Of a stretch of DNA of 64,000 nt, positions 38,852 through 49,730 are shown piece after piece. Source of the DNA: an uncultured Desulfobacterales bacterium (GTDB lineage: Bacteria > Desulfobacterota > Desulfobacteria > Desulfobacterales > CAJINA01); contig CAZWPX010000003.1 in NCBI GenBank assembly GCA_964636125.1, positions 35,606 through 99,605 on the forward strand, given 5' to 3'. The notes beneath the pieces were generated by a model. It searched no databases. It had not been told where the DNA came from and was given only the letters and a program-made list of their open reading frames with translations. The stretch's first letter is position 1, and each line of letters starts with the position of its first letter. The position numbers and the translations under genes are program-made.

Positions 38852-40051
38852 TTGTTTACCGATAAGCAAATTGAACGCTACGCCGAGGTCTTGTTGTGGG
38901 GCCTGAAAATATCCCGCAAAGGGCGATCCAGAAAAAATGAGACGATCCTGATTCGTTACCACCGGCCGGCCCTCGCTCTGGCTGAGGCTCTTTATGCGCG
39001 TTTGCTGGATATGGGGCACAACCCGCTCCAGCGAATGGATCTCACGCCCGGCATGGAGAAAAGCTTTTTCAAGCGGGCCAACCGCAAGCAGCTGGTGCAC
39101 CAGGCCCCCGGCGACAGAGAACTTTACGAGAACCTACATGGCAGCATTTTCCTGCACGCCCCCGAGTCCATCACCCACCTGAGTGACATAGATCCCGTTA
39201 AAATTGGAAAAGTGGCGATCTCCCGGAAATACCTGCGGGATATATTGACCCGGCGGGAAGAAGAAGGCTTGTTCAGCTGGACCCTGTGCACCTACCCCAC
39301 CCCGGAACTGGCCCGCCAGGCGCACACCACCCAGAAGACCTACGCACAGCAGATTGTTTCGGCCTGTTTTTTAAATAAAGTCAACCCGGTGGAAAAGTGG
39401 AATCAGATCTACAAGGATGCCGGCCGAATCAAACGCTGGCTGAGTAAAATGGATGTGAAACATTATCACATTCTGTCACCCGGAACGGACCTTGAAATCA
39501 CACCCGGCCGGGACCGGCGCTGGATTGGCGTCTCGGGGCACAATATTCCCAGTTTCGAATTGTTTGTCTCCCCGGACTGGCGGGGCACCCGGGGTGTCTA
39601 TTACGCGGATCAACCCTCTTTCAGAAACGGCAACTACGTGAAAGGTGTCCGCCTGGAGTTTGAGCGGGGTAAATTAACCGGTATTGCGGCGGAGCGGGGC
39701 GCAGATTTCGTTAAGACGCAACTGGCCATGGATAAAGGTGCCGGCAGACTGGGAGAATTCTCCCTCACCGACAAGCGGTTTTCAAAAATCACCCGCTTTA
39801 TGGCCAACACACTGTTTGACGAGAATTTCGGCGGCCGCCAGGGGAATTGTCATGTGGCCCTGGGAGCCTCCTACTCTGACACCTATGCCGGAGATCCCAC
39901 CGCACTGACCAAAAAATTGAAAGCCGATCTGGGCTTCAACGATTCGGCGCTCCACTGGGATCTGGTCAACACGGAAAAAAAGCAGGTGGTGGCGCATCTA
40001 AATAACGGAAAACGCGTCACCATCTATGAAAACGGGAAATTCAACTATTAA
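38852..40051 (+). CDS. M29-family aminopeptidase (AmpS/PepS-like)
   Basis: 399 aa. TTG start with GAGGGG 6 nt upstream. QIERYAEVLLWGL at the N-terminus and a GNCHVALG motif near the C-terminus. Confidence 0.7.
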   Translation: MFTDKQIERYAEVLLWGLKISRKGRSRKNETILIRYHRPALALAEALYARLLDMGHNPLQRMDLTPGMEKSFFKRANRKQLVHQAPGDRELYENLHGSIFLHAPESITHLSDIDPVKIGKVAISRKYLRDILTRREEEGLFSWTLCTYPTPELARQAHTTQKTYAQQIVSACFLNKVNPVEKWNQIYKDAGRIKRWLSKMDVKHYHILSPGTDLEITPGRDRRWIGVSGHNIPSFELFVSPDWRGTRGVYYADQPSFRNGNYVKGVRLEFERGKLTGIAAERGADFVKTQLAMDKGAGRLGEFSLTDKRFSKITRFMANTLFDENFGGRQGNCHVALGASYSDTYAGDPTALTKKLKADLGFNDSALHWDLVNTEKKQVVAHLNNGKRVTIYENGKFNY

Positions 40052-40099
40052 GAGCGTTTGTCAAGTAAGTTACCTGACATTCGGCCTTGTTCAAAGGCA

Positions 40100-40597
40100 T
40101 CAGACTTTGTACTTGCCAAAATCTTCCGGGGAGAGATTCTTGAGGTAATCGGCCCACTTTTGCCCCTCTTCACTTTTATCACCCATTTCCATGTCCGGAC
40201 CAGTGTCCTGGGACTTGCGGATCACTTTTTCGTCCACAAACACCGGCGCACCATATCGCAGGGCCAGCGCGATGGCATCGCTGGGCCGGGCGTCCAGTGT
40301 AAAAGGCCCCTCGGGAGCATTAAAATAGATCAACGCAAAATAGGTATTGTCGCGGATATCAGTCACCGCAACCCTGGAGACACTGATTTTACGGTTATCC
40401 GCAAAATTTTTAAATAAATCATGTGTCATGGGCCGGTCAAATTTGATGTCTTTCATGGCCGAGGCAATGGAGGTGGCTTCCAGAAGCCCGATCCAGATGG
40501 GTACAACCTGTTCGTCGTCCTCAGATTTCAATAGTATGATAGGGGTGTTGGAGGATGGATCCATGGCTATCCCTGCGATACTCATTTTATGCAGCAT
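40100..40597 (-). CDS. Bifunctional nuclease family protein (DUF151)
   Basis: The ATG at 40597 follows AGGAG. MSIAGIAMDPSSNTPIILLKSEDDEQVVPIWIGLLEA...RPMTHDL...DARPSDAIALALR is the family pattern. The start overlaps the miaB 3' end by 11 nt. Confidence 0.8.
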   Translation of the reverse strand: MLHKMSIAGIAMDPSSNTPIILLKSEDDEQVVPIWIGLLEATSIASAMKDIKFDRPMTHDLFKNFADNRKISVSRVAVTDIRDNTYFALIYFNAPEGPFTLDARPSDAIALALRYGAPVFVDEKVIRKSQDTGPDMEMGDKSEEGQKWADYLKNLSPEDFGKYKV

Positions 40598-42023
40598 GGC
40601 AGCTTTCTCCTTTCGGGTCACAGGCGATCCGGATGCCTGAATCGGATGGCACCCCCCAGAGCGAATGGGCAAACGCCTTTTTGATGGTCACCGGTATCAA
40701 AATCCCTTTCCCAAACCCGCGGTGCTGCCCGGAACTGTCCGTAGCCGGTATGTGCACGATTTTATTGGTTGAGGTGCGCCCCGTCCATTGACCTGTGTTC
40801 GCCGCCTGCTTGTCCGGCCCGTGACCGGTTCTGGACTGAAATGACTCAATCAGCACTTCAGTCGTTTGCCCCACTAGTGCCTGGTTTTTTTGCAATGTAA
40901 ATTTCTCCTGTAAACTTAAAATTCGCTGCAATCGTCTGTTCTGGTCGGCCAGATTGACCTTGTCAGCAAACCTGGCAGCGGGTGCATTGGGCCGGTCGGA
41001 GTATTTGAAGGCGAAAAGTCCATCGTAAGCCACGGTCTGGATCATGGATACCGTGTCCTCAAAATCCTGGTCGGTCTCACCCGGAAAGCCAACGATGATA
41101 TCCGACGTAATGGCTATATCCGGACAGGCCCGGCGCAGGGCGTCGATCTTATCGAGATACTGGCCCCGGCTGTAGTTCCTGTTCATGCGCTTTAATACCT
41201 GGTCGGAACCCGACTGCACCGGGAGGTGGATGTGGTGGCATAATTTCTCCAGGCTGCCGAAGGCGTTTATCAGGTCAGCCGACAGATCTTTGGGATGGGA
41301 GGTGGTAAAACGGATTCTCTCCAGCCCTTCTACGGTATTAATCTTATCCAAAAGCCGGACAAAGGTGGGGAGCCCCTCTTTTTTGCCGTAACTGTTGACA
41401 TTTTGCCCCAAAAGCGTGACTTCCCGAACGCCGCCGGTAACCAGGCGGCGAATTTCAGCGACTATTTTATCCGGCGGCCGGCTGCTCTCCCGGCCCCGCA
41501 CGTAGGGGACAACACAATAGGTGCAGAAGTTATCACACCCTTGCATAATCGTCACAAAGCGGGATACTTCGGATTCTTCCGGGGCAGACACCACGTCTTC
41601 GGGTTCTTCAATCCCGGTTCCCATCTGGATATCCACCAGCCGCGTGCGTTTTCGGGCAATCTTTTCCACCAGAAGCGGTAAACGCCCCAGTGCATGGGTG
41701 CCAAAAACCAGATCGACATACGGGGCCCGTTTCAGAATACGCTCCCCCTCCTGCTGGGCCACGCACCCGCCGACCGCCAGGATCATGTGGGGCCGGGTCT
41801 TTTTAATGCCGGCAAGGCGGCCGAGATAACTGAATACCTTTTGAACTGCTTTTTCCCTGATCGCACACGTATTGACAACAACCACATCGGCCGACTGGGG
41901 TGTGTCGGTCAAACGATAGCCCAGTGGCTGCAGGCAGTTGGCAATTCTTTCCGAATCGTAGACATTCATCTGGCAGCCGATTGTATTGATATGCAGTTTT
42001 TTCTGTGACACTTGCCAGTCCAT
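40587..42023 (-). CDS. miaB: tRNA-i6A37 methylthiotransferase
   Basis: 478 aa. INTIGCQMNVYDSE N-terminal cluster region, radical SAM motif CDNFCTYC, and a TRAM-like C-terminus. Confidence 0.9.
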   Translation of the reverse strand: MDWQVSQKKLHINTIGCQMNVYDSERIANCLQPLGYRLTDTPQSADVVVVNTCAIREKAVQKVFSYLGRLAGIKKTRPHMILAVGGCVAQQEGERILKRAPYVDLVFGTHALGRLPLLVEKIARKRTRLVDIQMGTGIEEPEDVVSAPEESEVSRFVTIMQGCDNFCTYCVVPYVRGRESSRPPDKIVAEIRRLVTGGVREVTLLGQNVNSYGKKEGLPTFVRLLDKINTVEGLERIRFTTSHPKDLSADLINAFGSLEKLCHHIHLPVQSGSDQVLKRMNRNYSRGQYLDKIDALRRACPDIAITSDIIVGFPGETDQDFEDTVSMIQTVAYDGLFAFKYSDRPNAPAARFADKVNLADQNRRLQRILSLQEKFTLQKNQALVGQTTEVLIESFQSRTGHGPDKQAANTGQWTGRTSTNKIVHIPATDSSGQHRGFGKGILIPVTIKKAFAHSLWGVPSDSGIRIACDPKGESCHAA

Positions 42024-42038
42024 TCGTTTTTATTCGGG

Positions 42039-42266
42039 TTACTCGCTCGCGGCCGCGGTATCAGGCTCAAGTAGAATATCACCGTCAAGATCTGCCAGCA
42101 GAGTATCCACCTCGGTCTCACACCCCGGCGGAACGAGCAGGACCACCCGCCCGGCAACCTGGTCAACGGTTGTCAGGGTGGCAATTCCCTCGTAACCCTC
42201 AAGGAAGAAGCGCAGCAGACCAATCTGTTTGCGGTCAATGCGGAAATATCTTCTAAGCGACTCCAT
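42039..42266 (-). CDS. Small DUF4911-like protein upstream of miaB
   Basis: 75 aa from the ATG at 42266 (GAGGG upstream). RIDRKQIGLLRFFLEGYEGIATLTTVD pattern. The family name is recalled from memory. Confidence 0.6.
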   Translation of the reverse strand: MESLRRYFRIDRKQIGLLRFFLEGYEGIATLTTVDQVAGRVVLLVPPGCETEVDTLLADLDGDILLEPDTAAASE

Positions 42267-42485
42267 AACCCTCGTATCTGATCGTCTGTCGGCCAAAAGA
42301 TCCTTGCCCCGGGACTGTGAACCATTCCTGCCGACCAGGCACCCTGGGCCCATACCAAACCCGTCCGGACAGCGCGTGGCGTATTATAATCATATCGGCG
42401 GGCTTTTCAACATATATAACTTGTGCCCATCCATAAACTGCAATTTCCATTGTCAGAAAGAAACCAATGGGCTATATGCCCCTGC

Positions 42486-44195
42486 ATGGAAGCCGCCCTG
42501 GAGATTCTAAAACCGGACCGAGATTGTATTGATGCGCTGTCTCGAGCACTCAAATGCCACCCGACCTTAAGCACCCTGCTTGCCAACCGCCACATTGCCG
42601 ATGCCCAGGCAGCGCTCGATTTCATACAGCCGTCGCTAAAAAATCTGCGACCGCCGGAAACACTTTGTGATATTGACCGGGCTGTTGAGAGGATCGTGGC
42701 GGCCGTAATCGATGGTGAAAAAATTCTGGTCTTCGGTGATTATGATGTGGACGGCATAACCGCCACCTGTCTGATATTCACGTTTTTGAAAGAGATCGGT
42801 GCTGTTGTTTCTTATTATATCCCGCACCGGATCAATGAGGGCTACAGTATAAGTGCGGCCCATCTGACCAACGGGGCAGTACCTGCCCATACGCGGTTGA
42901 TCATCACGGTGGACTGCGGCACCACGAGTACTAAAGCAGTTGAGGCGGCCAGTGCGGCTGGAATCGATGTTGTTGTTACCGACCATCACAATATCACCGG
43001 GTACCTGCCGGCGGCCATAGCGGTCATCAACCCCAAAAGAGATGAGTGCACCGCCGGCCTGGAGCAGCTCGCCGGCGTGGGCGTTGTTTTTTATCTTGTC
43101 ATCGCCCTGCGCAAGGCACTGCGCGAAAGGCAATATTTCACCCGGATCCCGGAGCCGAACCTGAAAAAGCTCTGCGACCTGGTGGCCCTTGGCACAGTGG
43201 CAGACATGGTTCCCCTGGTTCAGGAAAACAGGGTATTGACAGCCATAGGCCTCGACATCATCAATACCGGGACGCGCCCCGGTTTGAATAGCCTGCTCAC
43301 CGCCAGTAAACTGGCCGCCGGCCGGGTTGACAGTGAAGCCATCGCATTCAAACTGGCCCCCCGTTTGAACGCCGCCGGGCGAATGGGCCATGCGTCGCAA
43401 TCGGTAGATCTACTTGGCGCAACTGAAAACGAGAACCCCGGTGATTTGGCGGCCGCCCTTGAAAACCTGAACCAAGCGCGTCAGAAAACCGAGAAAGAGA
43501 TAACCGAAAATATTACCGACACACTGGCGCGGACCCCTGCACTCTTAACGCGGCCGGCCCTGGTGATGTCCAGCGACACCTGGCATCCAGGTGTGACCGG
43601 CATTGTCGCCGCGCGCCTGGCCCGGAAATACAATCGCCCTGCCATCCTTGTCTGCACCCGGACAGGTATCGGCAAGGGGTCGGGGCGCAGTGTTCCCGGA
43701 ATTGATATGGTCAGCTGCCTTCACGAGTGCGCCCCGCTTCTGAAAAGGTTCGGCGGTCACCCCGCCGCCGCCGGGTTGACCCTTGAAACCGACAATTTCG
43801 ATGCTTTCAGGGAACGCTTTGAAGCATCTGTTCAAAAGCGAGTCGCTCAGGGAATTCCCGCGCCCGGTCTCCGTATCGATTGCGAGCTTGAGTTCGCCGC
43901 CATTAATCCCGGCCTCATGGACTTGATTGAACTGCTGCAGCCCTTTGGGCAGGGAAACCCTGAACCCCTTTTTATAGCCAGACGCGTAAGGGTGTCGTCC
44001 TCACGGAGCGTGGGGCAGGGACATGCCCGCCTGGTGATTGCCCAGCAAACCAGTGGACGCAATCTGTCCCTGCCGGCCATCTATTTCAATGCCGGTACCA
44101 TTCCCGCAATGGCCGGGGTGGTTGTTTTTGCGTTGCACTGGAATCACTGGAACGGGAAGAAATCCATCCAGGCGGTGGTCAAGCATATGGCCTGA
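42486..44195 (+). CDS. recJ: Single-stranded-DNA-specific exonuclease RecJ
   Basis: DHH motifs FGDYDVDGITA, DCG and VTDHH, plus a DHHA1 GGHPAAAG motif. The start is ambiguous: ATG at 42486 or GTG at 42423. Confidence 0.9.
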   Translation: MEAALEILKPDRDCIDALSRALKCHPTLSTLLANRHIADAQAALDFIQPSLKNLRPPETLCDIDRAVERIVAAVIDGEKILVFGDYDVDGITATCLIFTFLKEIGAVVSYYIPHRINEGYSISAAHLTNGAVPAHTRLIITVDCGTTSTKAVEAASAAGIDVVVTDHHNITGYLPAAIAVINPKRDECTAGLEQLAGVGVVFYLVIALRKALRERQYFTRIPEPNLKKLCDLVALGTVADMVPLVQENRVLTAIGLDIINTGTRPGLNSLLTASKLAAGRVDSEAIAFKLAPRLNAAGRMGHASQSVDLLGATENENPGDLAAALENLNQARQKTEKEITENITDTLARTPALLTRPALVMSSDTWHPGVTGIVAARLARKYNRPAILVCTRTGIGKGSGRSVPGIDMVSCLHECAPLLKRFGGHPAAAGLTLETDNFDAFRERFEASVQKRVAQGIPAPGLRIDCELEFAAINPGLMDLIELLQPFGQGNPEPLFIARRVRVSSSRSVGQGHARLVIAQQTSGRNLSLPAIYFNAGTIPAMAGVVVFALHWNHWNGKKSIQAVVKHMA

Positions 44196-44272
44196 AAGGC
44201 GTGCGGGCAGGATTTTGCAGTCCGGGTAAACCTTTCCGGGCGGCTAACCGATAAAAGCCATTTATTCTGTCT

Positions 44273-45049
44273 TTACAGCAAATTGGAAACAGGTACAAAT
44301 TCTACGCCGGGTTTCAGCCTGTGGCGCACAAAAGCGTCCAGGGCTGCCGCCGTTTCCGGGAAGGGGTGGCCGATGGCAAGTGCCTGGCCGTGGTTCAGGG
44401 CAAGTGTCTGGAGTTTGTCCAGTTGGTTGAGGATAGCCGGGATCGCCACCCGATTATCCAGGAATACATTTCTCTGGATGGTTGAGATACCCAGTCTCTG
44501 GGCGGTGCGGCAGCCGGCAGAACGATGGGTGGTCATGCTGTCCACAAAAAACAAGCCTTCTGATTTAATCACTTTCAGAGCCTGCTGCATCTTGTCAGAA
44601 TCGGCGGTGAATTTAGAACCCATGTGGTTATTGACACCCGTGAGGTTTTGTATCTGATCAATATTTTGACCCATAGCCGCAGAAATTTCAGTCTGGCGGT
44701 CGGAAATATACAGGGCTCCGGGACCTGGATTAAAACCCCTGTCAACGGGTTCCATGGGTTGGTGCAGCATAATCTCGTATCCGGCCGTGTGCAGCTTTGC
44801 AGATAACTCGCGGGTGAACGTGACCCTGGGAAGCACCGAAAAGGTGAGCGGCAGTTTGAGATCCACAAACCTGTAGGCCCGGGAGCGACTGAAACCGATA
44901 TCATCGATGATAACCGCTATTTTAGCCCGACGCATTGTTTGAATTGGGACTTTTCCGGCCAGGACCGACGCCGCCGGCCACGGCCCTATACCCGCCAGAC
45001 CTGTGAGGAATGCGGAGGAAGCTGTACTCAAAAATTGTCGCCGGTTCAT
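44273..45049 (-). CDS. Divergent polysaccharide deacetylase family protein (YibQ-like), exported
   Basis: 258 aa. Tat-like N-terminus MNRRQFLSTASSAFL. Also AVIIDDIGFS and NNHMGSKFT motifs. Confidence 0.75.
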   Translation of the reverse strand: MNRRQFLSTASSAFLTGLAGIGPWPAASVLAGKVPIQTMRRAKIAVIIDDIGFSRSRAYRFVDLKLPLTFSVLPRVTFTRELSAKLHTAGYEIMLHQPMEPVDRGFNPGPGALYISDRQTEISAAMGQNIDQIQNLTGVNNHMGSKFTADSDKMQQALKVIKSEGLFFVDSMTTHRSAGCRTAQRLGISTIQRNVFLDNRVAIPAILNQLDKLQTLALNHGQALAIGHPFPETAAALDAFVRHRLKPGVEFVPVSNLL

Positions 45050-45251
45050 AGAAATCTACCAGATATTGGAGAGGATACTTTGTTGAGCCGACAGATACAA
45101 CATATAGTATCCTGCCGTCAAGCAAATACAACATAATGTCATTTTTTTCATCTCTATCGTCATATTTTGCTTGCAATAATCACCACTTGCTCCTATTATG
45201 GCGCTCAAAGTATTTACCCGTTGCAGTTATTATTGAAAGGTACCCCCAACG

Positions 45252-45674
45252 ATGGCGAAGGTATTCAGACCCAGTTCTCGCGAATCCAAGATCCTGTCAA
45301 AAATTGAATCCCAGAAGGAATACGCCCGGCGAAAGGCGCTGGGTGGTATTCGCGATTGCCTGGAAACGCTGGCCAATCACATATCCTCCAAACTGGTCGA
45401 GAATAAACTGGTCGAAACCACGAGTAAAAATGCCCTTGAAGAGCAAATCACCAAATGCCTTGAAACACTCAGCTACGCGGATGATTTTGATATTGACTAT
45501 AAAAACGCGCCCTTTCGGGCCGTCGTACCCAACCCCAATGTCATCAGCCTCTATATCACCGCCTTTGTAATCGAAACTTTGATCAATCACAAAGCCGTGG
45601 TTGATATCTTCGGGTCTGACGAAGAGATTTACCTCTGCATCAACCAACAGGTTGGCAGACACCTGCCTTCCTGA
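45252..45674 (+). CDS. Hypothetical protein
   Basis: 140 aa, predicted helical, 8 nt upstream of tex. No family was confidently recognised. Confidence 0.5.
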   Translation: MAKVFRPSSRESKILSKIESQKEYARRKALGGIRDCLETLANHISSKLVENKLVETTSKNALEEQITKCLETLSYADDFDIDYKNAPFRAVVPNPNVISLYITAFVIETLINHKAVVDIFGSDEEIYLCINQQVGRHLPS

Positions 45675-45682
45675 CGCCGCCC

Positions 45683-47950
45683 ATGACATCCGAACATGTT
45701 GCAATCATAGCCGACCAGATGCATCTGCCCACCGGCCAGGTGCAGGCCGTAGCCAAACTCCTGGCTGCAGGCGCCACGATCCCTTTTATTGCGCGCTACC
45801 GCAAAGAGGCTACCGGCAGTCTTGATGAAGTGGCTGTAACCGGTATTCGTGACCAGTTGAAGCTGCAGGCCGATCTGGCAGGCAGGAAAGAAGCCGTACT
45901 AAAATCTCTTGATCAAAATGGGCACCATACCCCGGAACTGGAAACGCAGATTCAGGCAGCCCCTACCCTGGCACAGGTGGAGGATATCTACCTGCCCTAT
46001 CGGCCAAAAAGACGCACCCGGGCCAACCAAGCCAGGGAGAAAGGATTGGAGCCCCTGGCTCTCGACCTGTTCGCCCAGACGGGCACCGAGCCCGAACAGG
46101 CCGCCCAGGCCTTCATCAATCCTGATAAAGGGGTTGATTCTATCGATACCGCCCTGGCCGGCGCCAGGGACATCATCGCTGAAATTATCAATGAAGATTC
46201 CCAGGCCCGATCGGAACTCAGACGTTTGTATGTTTCCAGCAGCCGTTTCGTATCTTCGGTCGCCAGAGGGAAAGAAGAGGAAGGTGCCAAATACAGGGAT
46301 TACTTTGAGTGGTCAGAGTATGCCCGCGCAGCGCCCTCCCACCGGATACTTGCCATGCGCCGGGGGGAAAAAGAAGGCTTTTTAAACCTTGAGGTAACGC
46401 CCCCTGAACCTGAAGCACTGGCCCTGCTGGAACAATTGTTTGTCAGGGGCACAGGGCCGGATACCGAACAGGTCCGATTGGCAGTGTCAGACAGCTACCG
46501 GCGTTTGCTTTCCAGGAGCATGGAAACAGAGATTCGACTGACCACCAAAAAAAAGGCGGACACCGCCGCCATTAAAATTTTTGCTGAAAACCTGCGTCAA
46601 CTGCTGCTCGCCGCACCTCTGGGTGCCAGGCGAATCCTGGGACTGGACCCGGGTTTCAGGACCGGCTGCAAGCTTGTCTGCCTGGACCGGCAGGGGCAGC
46701 TGCTGCATCACGATACGATCTTTCCGCATACATCTGCCAAAAGATCATCGGCCGCGGCACACACGGTGCAAAGCCTCTGTAAGCGTTTTGCGATTGAAGC
46801 CATTGCCATTGGTAATGGTACCGCCGGAAAAGAGACAGATGCTTTCGTGCGCGCCCTTAAACTGGAGCCCGGCCTACCGGTGGTCATGGTGAACGAGAGC
46901 GGCGCTTCGATCTATTCAGCCTCTGAGGCAGCCCGGCAGGAATTCCCTGACCTTGATCTCACCGTGCGAGGGGCCGTATCCATCGCGCGGCGACTCATGG
47001 ATCCCCTGGCGGAACTTGTTAAGATTGACCCCAAGGCCATCGGCGTTGGTCAATACCAGCATGATGTTGATCAGAGTGCATTGAAACAGGCCCTGGATGA
47101 TACCGTTGCAAGCTGTGTGAATGCCGTTGGGGTGGACGTCAACCGGGCCAGTGTGCAACTGTTAACCTATGTATCGGGTATTGGCCCCCGGGTTGCTAAA
47201 AATATCCTCGCCTATCGTGATACAAACGGGCCCTTCGAAACGAGGCAGGCCCTGAAAAAGGTACCCCGCCTGGGACCTAAGGCTTTCGAACAGGCAGCCG
47301 GTTTTCTGCGCATTCCGGCCGGTGCCAATCCCCTGGACGCCAGTGCGGTGCATCCGGAAAGCTATGCGCTTGTAGATGTAATGGCCCGGGACCTGGACTG
47401 CTCGGTTAAACGGCTGATAAATGACCCACGGGTGCGCAAAGAGATAAGTGCACAACACTATGTGTCGGCCGAGATTGGGCTGCCCACGCTCACAGACATT
47501 CTGCAGGAACTGGATAAACCAGGACGGGATCCGCGCCGAAATTTTGAGTTGTTTTCTTTTGCGGCGGGCATTGACACCCTGGCAGACCTGAAACCGGGGA
47601 TGAAATTGCCCGGTCTGGTCACAAACGTGACAGCCTTCGGCGCCTTTGTAGACGTGGGTGTCCACCAGGACGGTCTGGTCCATATCAGCCAGATGGCCGA
47701 CCATTTTGTGAAAGATCCGGCTGACATCGTAAAGGTCCGTCAGCCGGTGCAGGTCACTGTGCTGGAAGTGGATACGGCCCGATCAAGGATAGCCCTCTCG
47801 TTAAAAACCGACACCGAGGCTTCCCGGACTCCTGCCGATCGCAGCCGGGGCACTGCCGGCAGGCAAAAAACCGCACGTAATACCGGAAAAAAACAGTCCC
47901 GCCCCTTTAACAACCCGTTTGCCGAATTATTAAAGGGCCAACCTAAGTAA
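45683..47950 (+). CDS. tex: Tex-like transcription accessory protein (YqgF/HhH/S1 domains)
   Basis: 755 aa. N-terminal IPFIARYRKE, and a C-terminal S1 domain (GMKLPGLVTNVTAFGAFVDVGVHQDGLVHISQM). Confidence 0.9.
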   Translation: MTSEHVAIIADQMHLPTGQVQAVAKLLAAGATIPFIARYRKEATGSLDEVAVTGIRDQLKLQADLAGRKEAVLKSLDQNGHHTPELETQIQAAPTLAQVEDIYLPYRPKRRTRANQAREKGLEPLALDLFAQTGTEPEQAAQAFINPDKGVDSIDTALAGARDIIAEIINEDSQARSELRRLYVSSSRFVSSVARGKEEEGAKYRDYFEWSEYARAAPSHRILAMRRGEKEGFLNLEVTPPEPEALALLEQLFVRGTGPDTEQVRLAVSDSYRRLLSRSMETEIRLTTKKKADTAAIKIFAENLRQLLLAAPLGARRILGLDPGFRTGCKLVCLDRQGQLLHHDTIFPHTSAKRSSAAAHTVQSLCKRFAIEAIAIGNGTAGKETDAFVRALKLEPGLPVVMVNESGASIYSASEAARQEFPDLDLTVRGAVSIARRLMDPLAELVKIDPKAIGVGQYQHDVDQSALKQALDDTVASCVNAVGVDVNRASVQLLTYVSGIGPRVAKNILAYRDTNGPFETRQALKKVPRLGPKAFEQAAGFLRIPAGANPLDASAVHPESYALVDVMARDLDCSVKRLINDPRVRKEISAQHYVSAEIGLPTLTDILQELDKPGRDPRRNFELFSFAAGIDTLADLKPGMKLPGLVTNVTAFGAFVDVGVHQDGLVHISQMADHFVKDPADIVKVRQPVQVTVLEVDTARSRIALSLKTDTEASRTPADRSRGTAGRQKTARNTGKKQSRPFNNPFAELLKGQPK

Positions 47951-47998
47951 AGCCTCACGGTTCGGGAGCAGCCCTATCTGTTGGGCCAGGAGGAACCT

Positions 47999-48469
47999 GT
48001 GAAAGCAGTCATTCAACGGGTAAGCAGCGGATCAGTCACCGTATCCAATCGAATAATCGGATCAATCCAGCACGGTTTTGTCGTCCTGCTGGGTGTCTCA
48101 GTTGACGATACCCCGGCAGACGCAGACTATCTGGCAGAGAAAATATCTCACCTGCGGGTTTTTGAAGACCCGGCCGGAAAAATGAATCTATCCCTGCGGG
48201 ATACGACCGGCAGCATGCTGGTGGTGTCTCAATTCACACTGCTCGCCGACTGCCGCAAAGGCCGGCGCCCTTCTTTCGTAAGGGCTGCCCGACCCGAAGC
48301 GGCCAAGCACCTTTTCAACTATTTTGTCGAACAGGTACGCCGGAAACAGATCCCGGTAGCAACAGGCCAATTCGGCGCAAACATGGCTGTAGCCCTTGTA
48401 AATGACGGACCGGTCACGATAACCATTGACAGCACTCAAACCGGTCCGGCCGGGAGGCAGCGTGGCTGA
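47999..48469 (+). CDS. dtd: D-aminoacyl-tRNA deacylase
   Basis: GTG start at 47999, 5 nt after [15 protein letters not shown]..., SQFTLLAD and NDGPVTI motifs. Confidence 0.9.
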   Translation: MKAVIQRVSSGSVTVSNRIIGSIQHGFVVLLGVSVDDTPADADYLAEKISHLRVFEDPAGKMNLSLRDTTGSMLVVSQFTLLADCRKGRRPSFVRAARPEAAKHLFNYFVEQVRRKQIPVATGQFGANMAVALVNDGPVTITIDSTQTGPAGRQRG

Positions 48470-49730
48470 GTACTTACCCCACTGCCGCAACACCCGTTTT
48501 CATTCCCGGCCGTGGTTCAGAGCAATGCTGCTGCTGTATTGCAGCCTCCTGATTGGCTGGCAGCCCACCCATCTTTACGCAAGCGGTGCAGAGCAGATTC
48601 TGAATCTTCTTGGTCCGGCAGACACCCTGCTTCTGTCCGGGCCTGACCGCCGCGTCATTCTTGAAAAAAACAGTGCCACGCCGCTCATCCCCGCCTCAAC
48701 CCTTAAACTGCTGACAGCCCTGGTAGCAATGGATACGCTGGGAGAAAAGTCCCATTTTAACACCGATTTTTATTACGATTCCAAAGGGACACTCAAGATC
48801 AAAGGGTTTGGAGACCCCCTGTTGATATCAGAAGTCGTTGCGAAAATGTCCTCAAAAATCTCCCGGGCCGCGGCTGAGCGCAACCTGCGCATCCACCGCC
48901 TGGGCGTGGATGACAGCTATTTCGTAAAGCCCATTCACATCCCGGGCAGTTCACCGTCTATCCAGCCCTACGATGCGCAGCCAGGCGCTTTGTGCGTAAA
49001 CTTCAATACGGTGAATTTCAAAGTTCAAGGCGGCCTGCTGTCCAGCGCAGAGCCGCAAACGCCCCTGCTTCCATTTGCCCGGCGTTTCATTCAACAAAAC
49101 ACCACGCCCACCGGCAGAATCATTTTGTCACACGACCATGAAGCCATTGCCCTCTACGGGGGACACCTTTTCGCTCATTTTTTACAGGAGAATTTGAAAA
49201 ACCCGATTGACCAGGTTGCGCTTGGGGCGGTGGATCTTAAAACAGACACCCGCCTGCTGACCTGTCGATCCCCATTTTCCGTGCGGGACGCCATTCAAAA
49301 AATGATGGCCTTTTCAAACAATTTTGTGGCCAACCAACTACTGATTGCCTCCGGCGCAAAAAAGTTCGGTTCCCCCGGAAACCTGGCCAAAGCGGTGCGC
49401 ACGCTCCAAGCGTACTGTCGGGAAAAGCTGCAAATCTCGAATGCGACCCTTGTGGAGGGCTCTGGTATTTCAAGGGCCAACCGGATATCGGCGCAGTCAC
49501 TCCTGCGAATTGTTCAAGCGTTTGAACCGCATTATATGCTATTGCGCCGACGCGGCGGGGAGTATTTCAAAACCGGGACGCTGCAGGGTATCAGCACCCG
49601 GGTGGGGTATCTCGAACACCCGGTCAGCGGACGGTATCATTTTGTAATCATGGCCAATACGCCGGGTCGGTCAGCCGCCACAATTAAACGGGCTCTTGCA
49701 GCGTATATGCTTCAGAATGGTTATCTTTAG
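48426..49730 (+). CDS. D-alanyl-D-alanine carboxypeptidase/endopeptidase (PBP4, peptidase S13)
   Basis: SxxK (ASTLKL), SxN (SNN) and KTG (FKTGTL) motifs. The start is uncertain: the ATG at 48525 gives a cleaner signal peptide. Confidence 0.8.
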   Translation: MTALKPVRPGGSVAEYLPHCRNTRFHSRPWFRAMLLLYCSLLIGWQPTHLYASGAEQILNLLGPADTLLLSGPDRRVILEKNSATPLIPASTLKLLTALVAMDTLGEKSHFNTDFYYDSKGTLKIKGFGDPLLISEVVAKMSSKISRAAAERNLRIHRLGVDDSYFVKPIHIPGSSPSIQPYDAQPGALCVNFNTVNFKVQGGLLSSAEPQTPLLPFARRFIQQNTTPTGRIILSHDHEAIALYGGHLFAHFLQENLKNPIDQVALGAVDLKTDTRLLTCRSPFSVRDAIQKMMAFSNNFVANQLLIASGAKKFGSPGNLAKAVRTLQAYCREKLQISNATLVEGSGISRANRISAQSLLRIVQAFEPHYMLLRRRGGEYFKTGTLQGISTRVGYLEHPVSGRYHFVIMANTPGRSAATIKRALAAYMLQNGYL

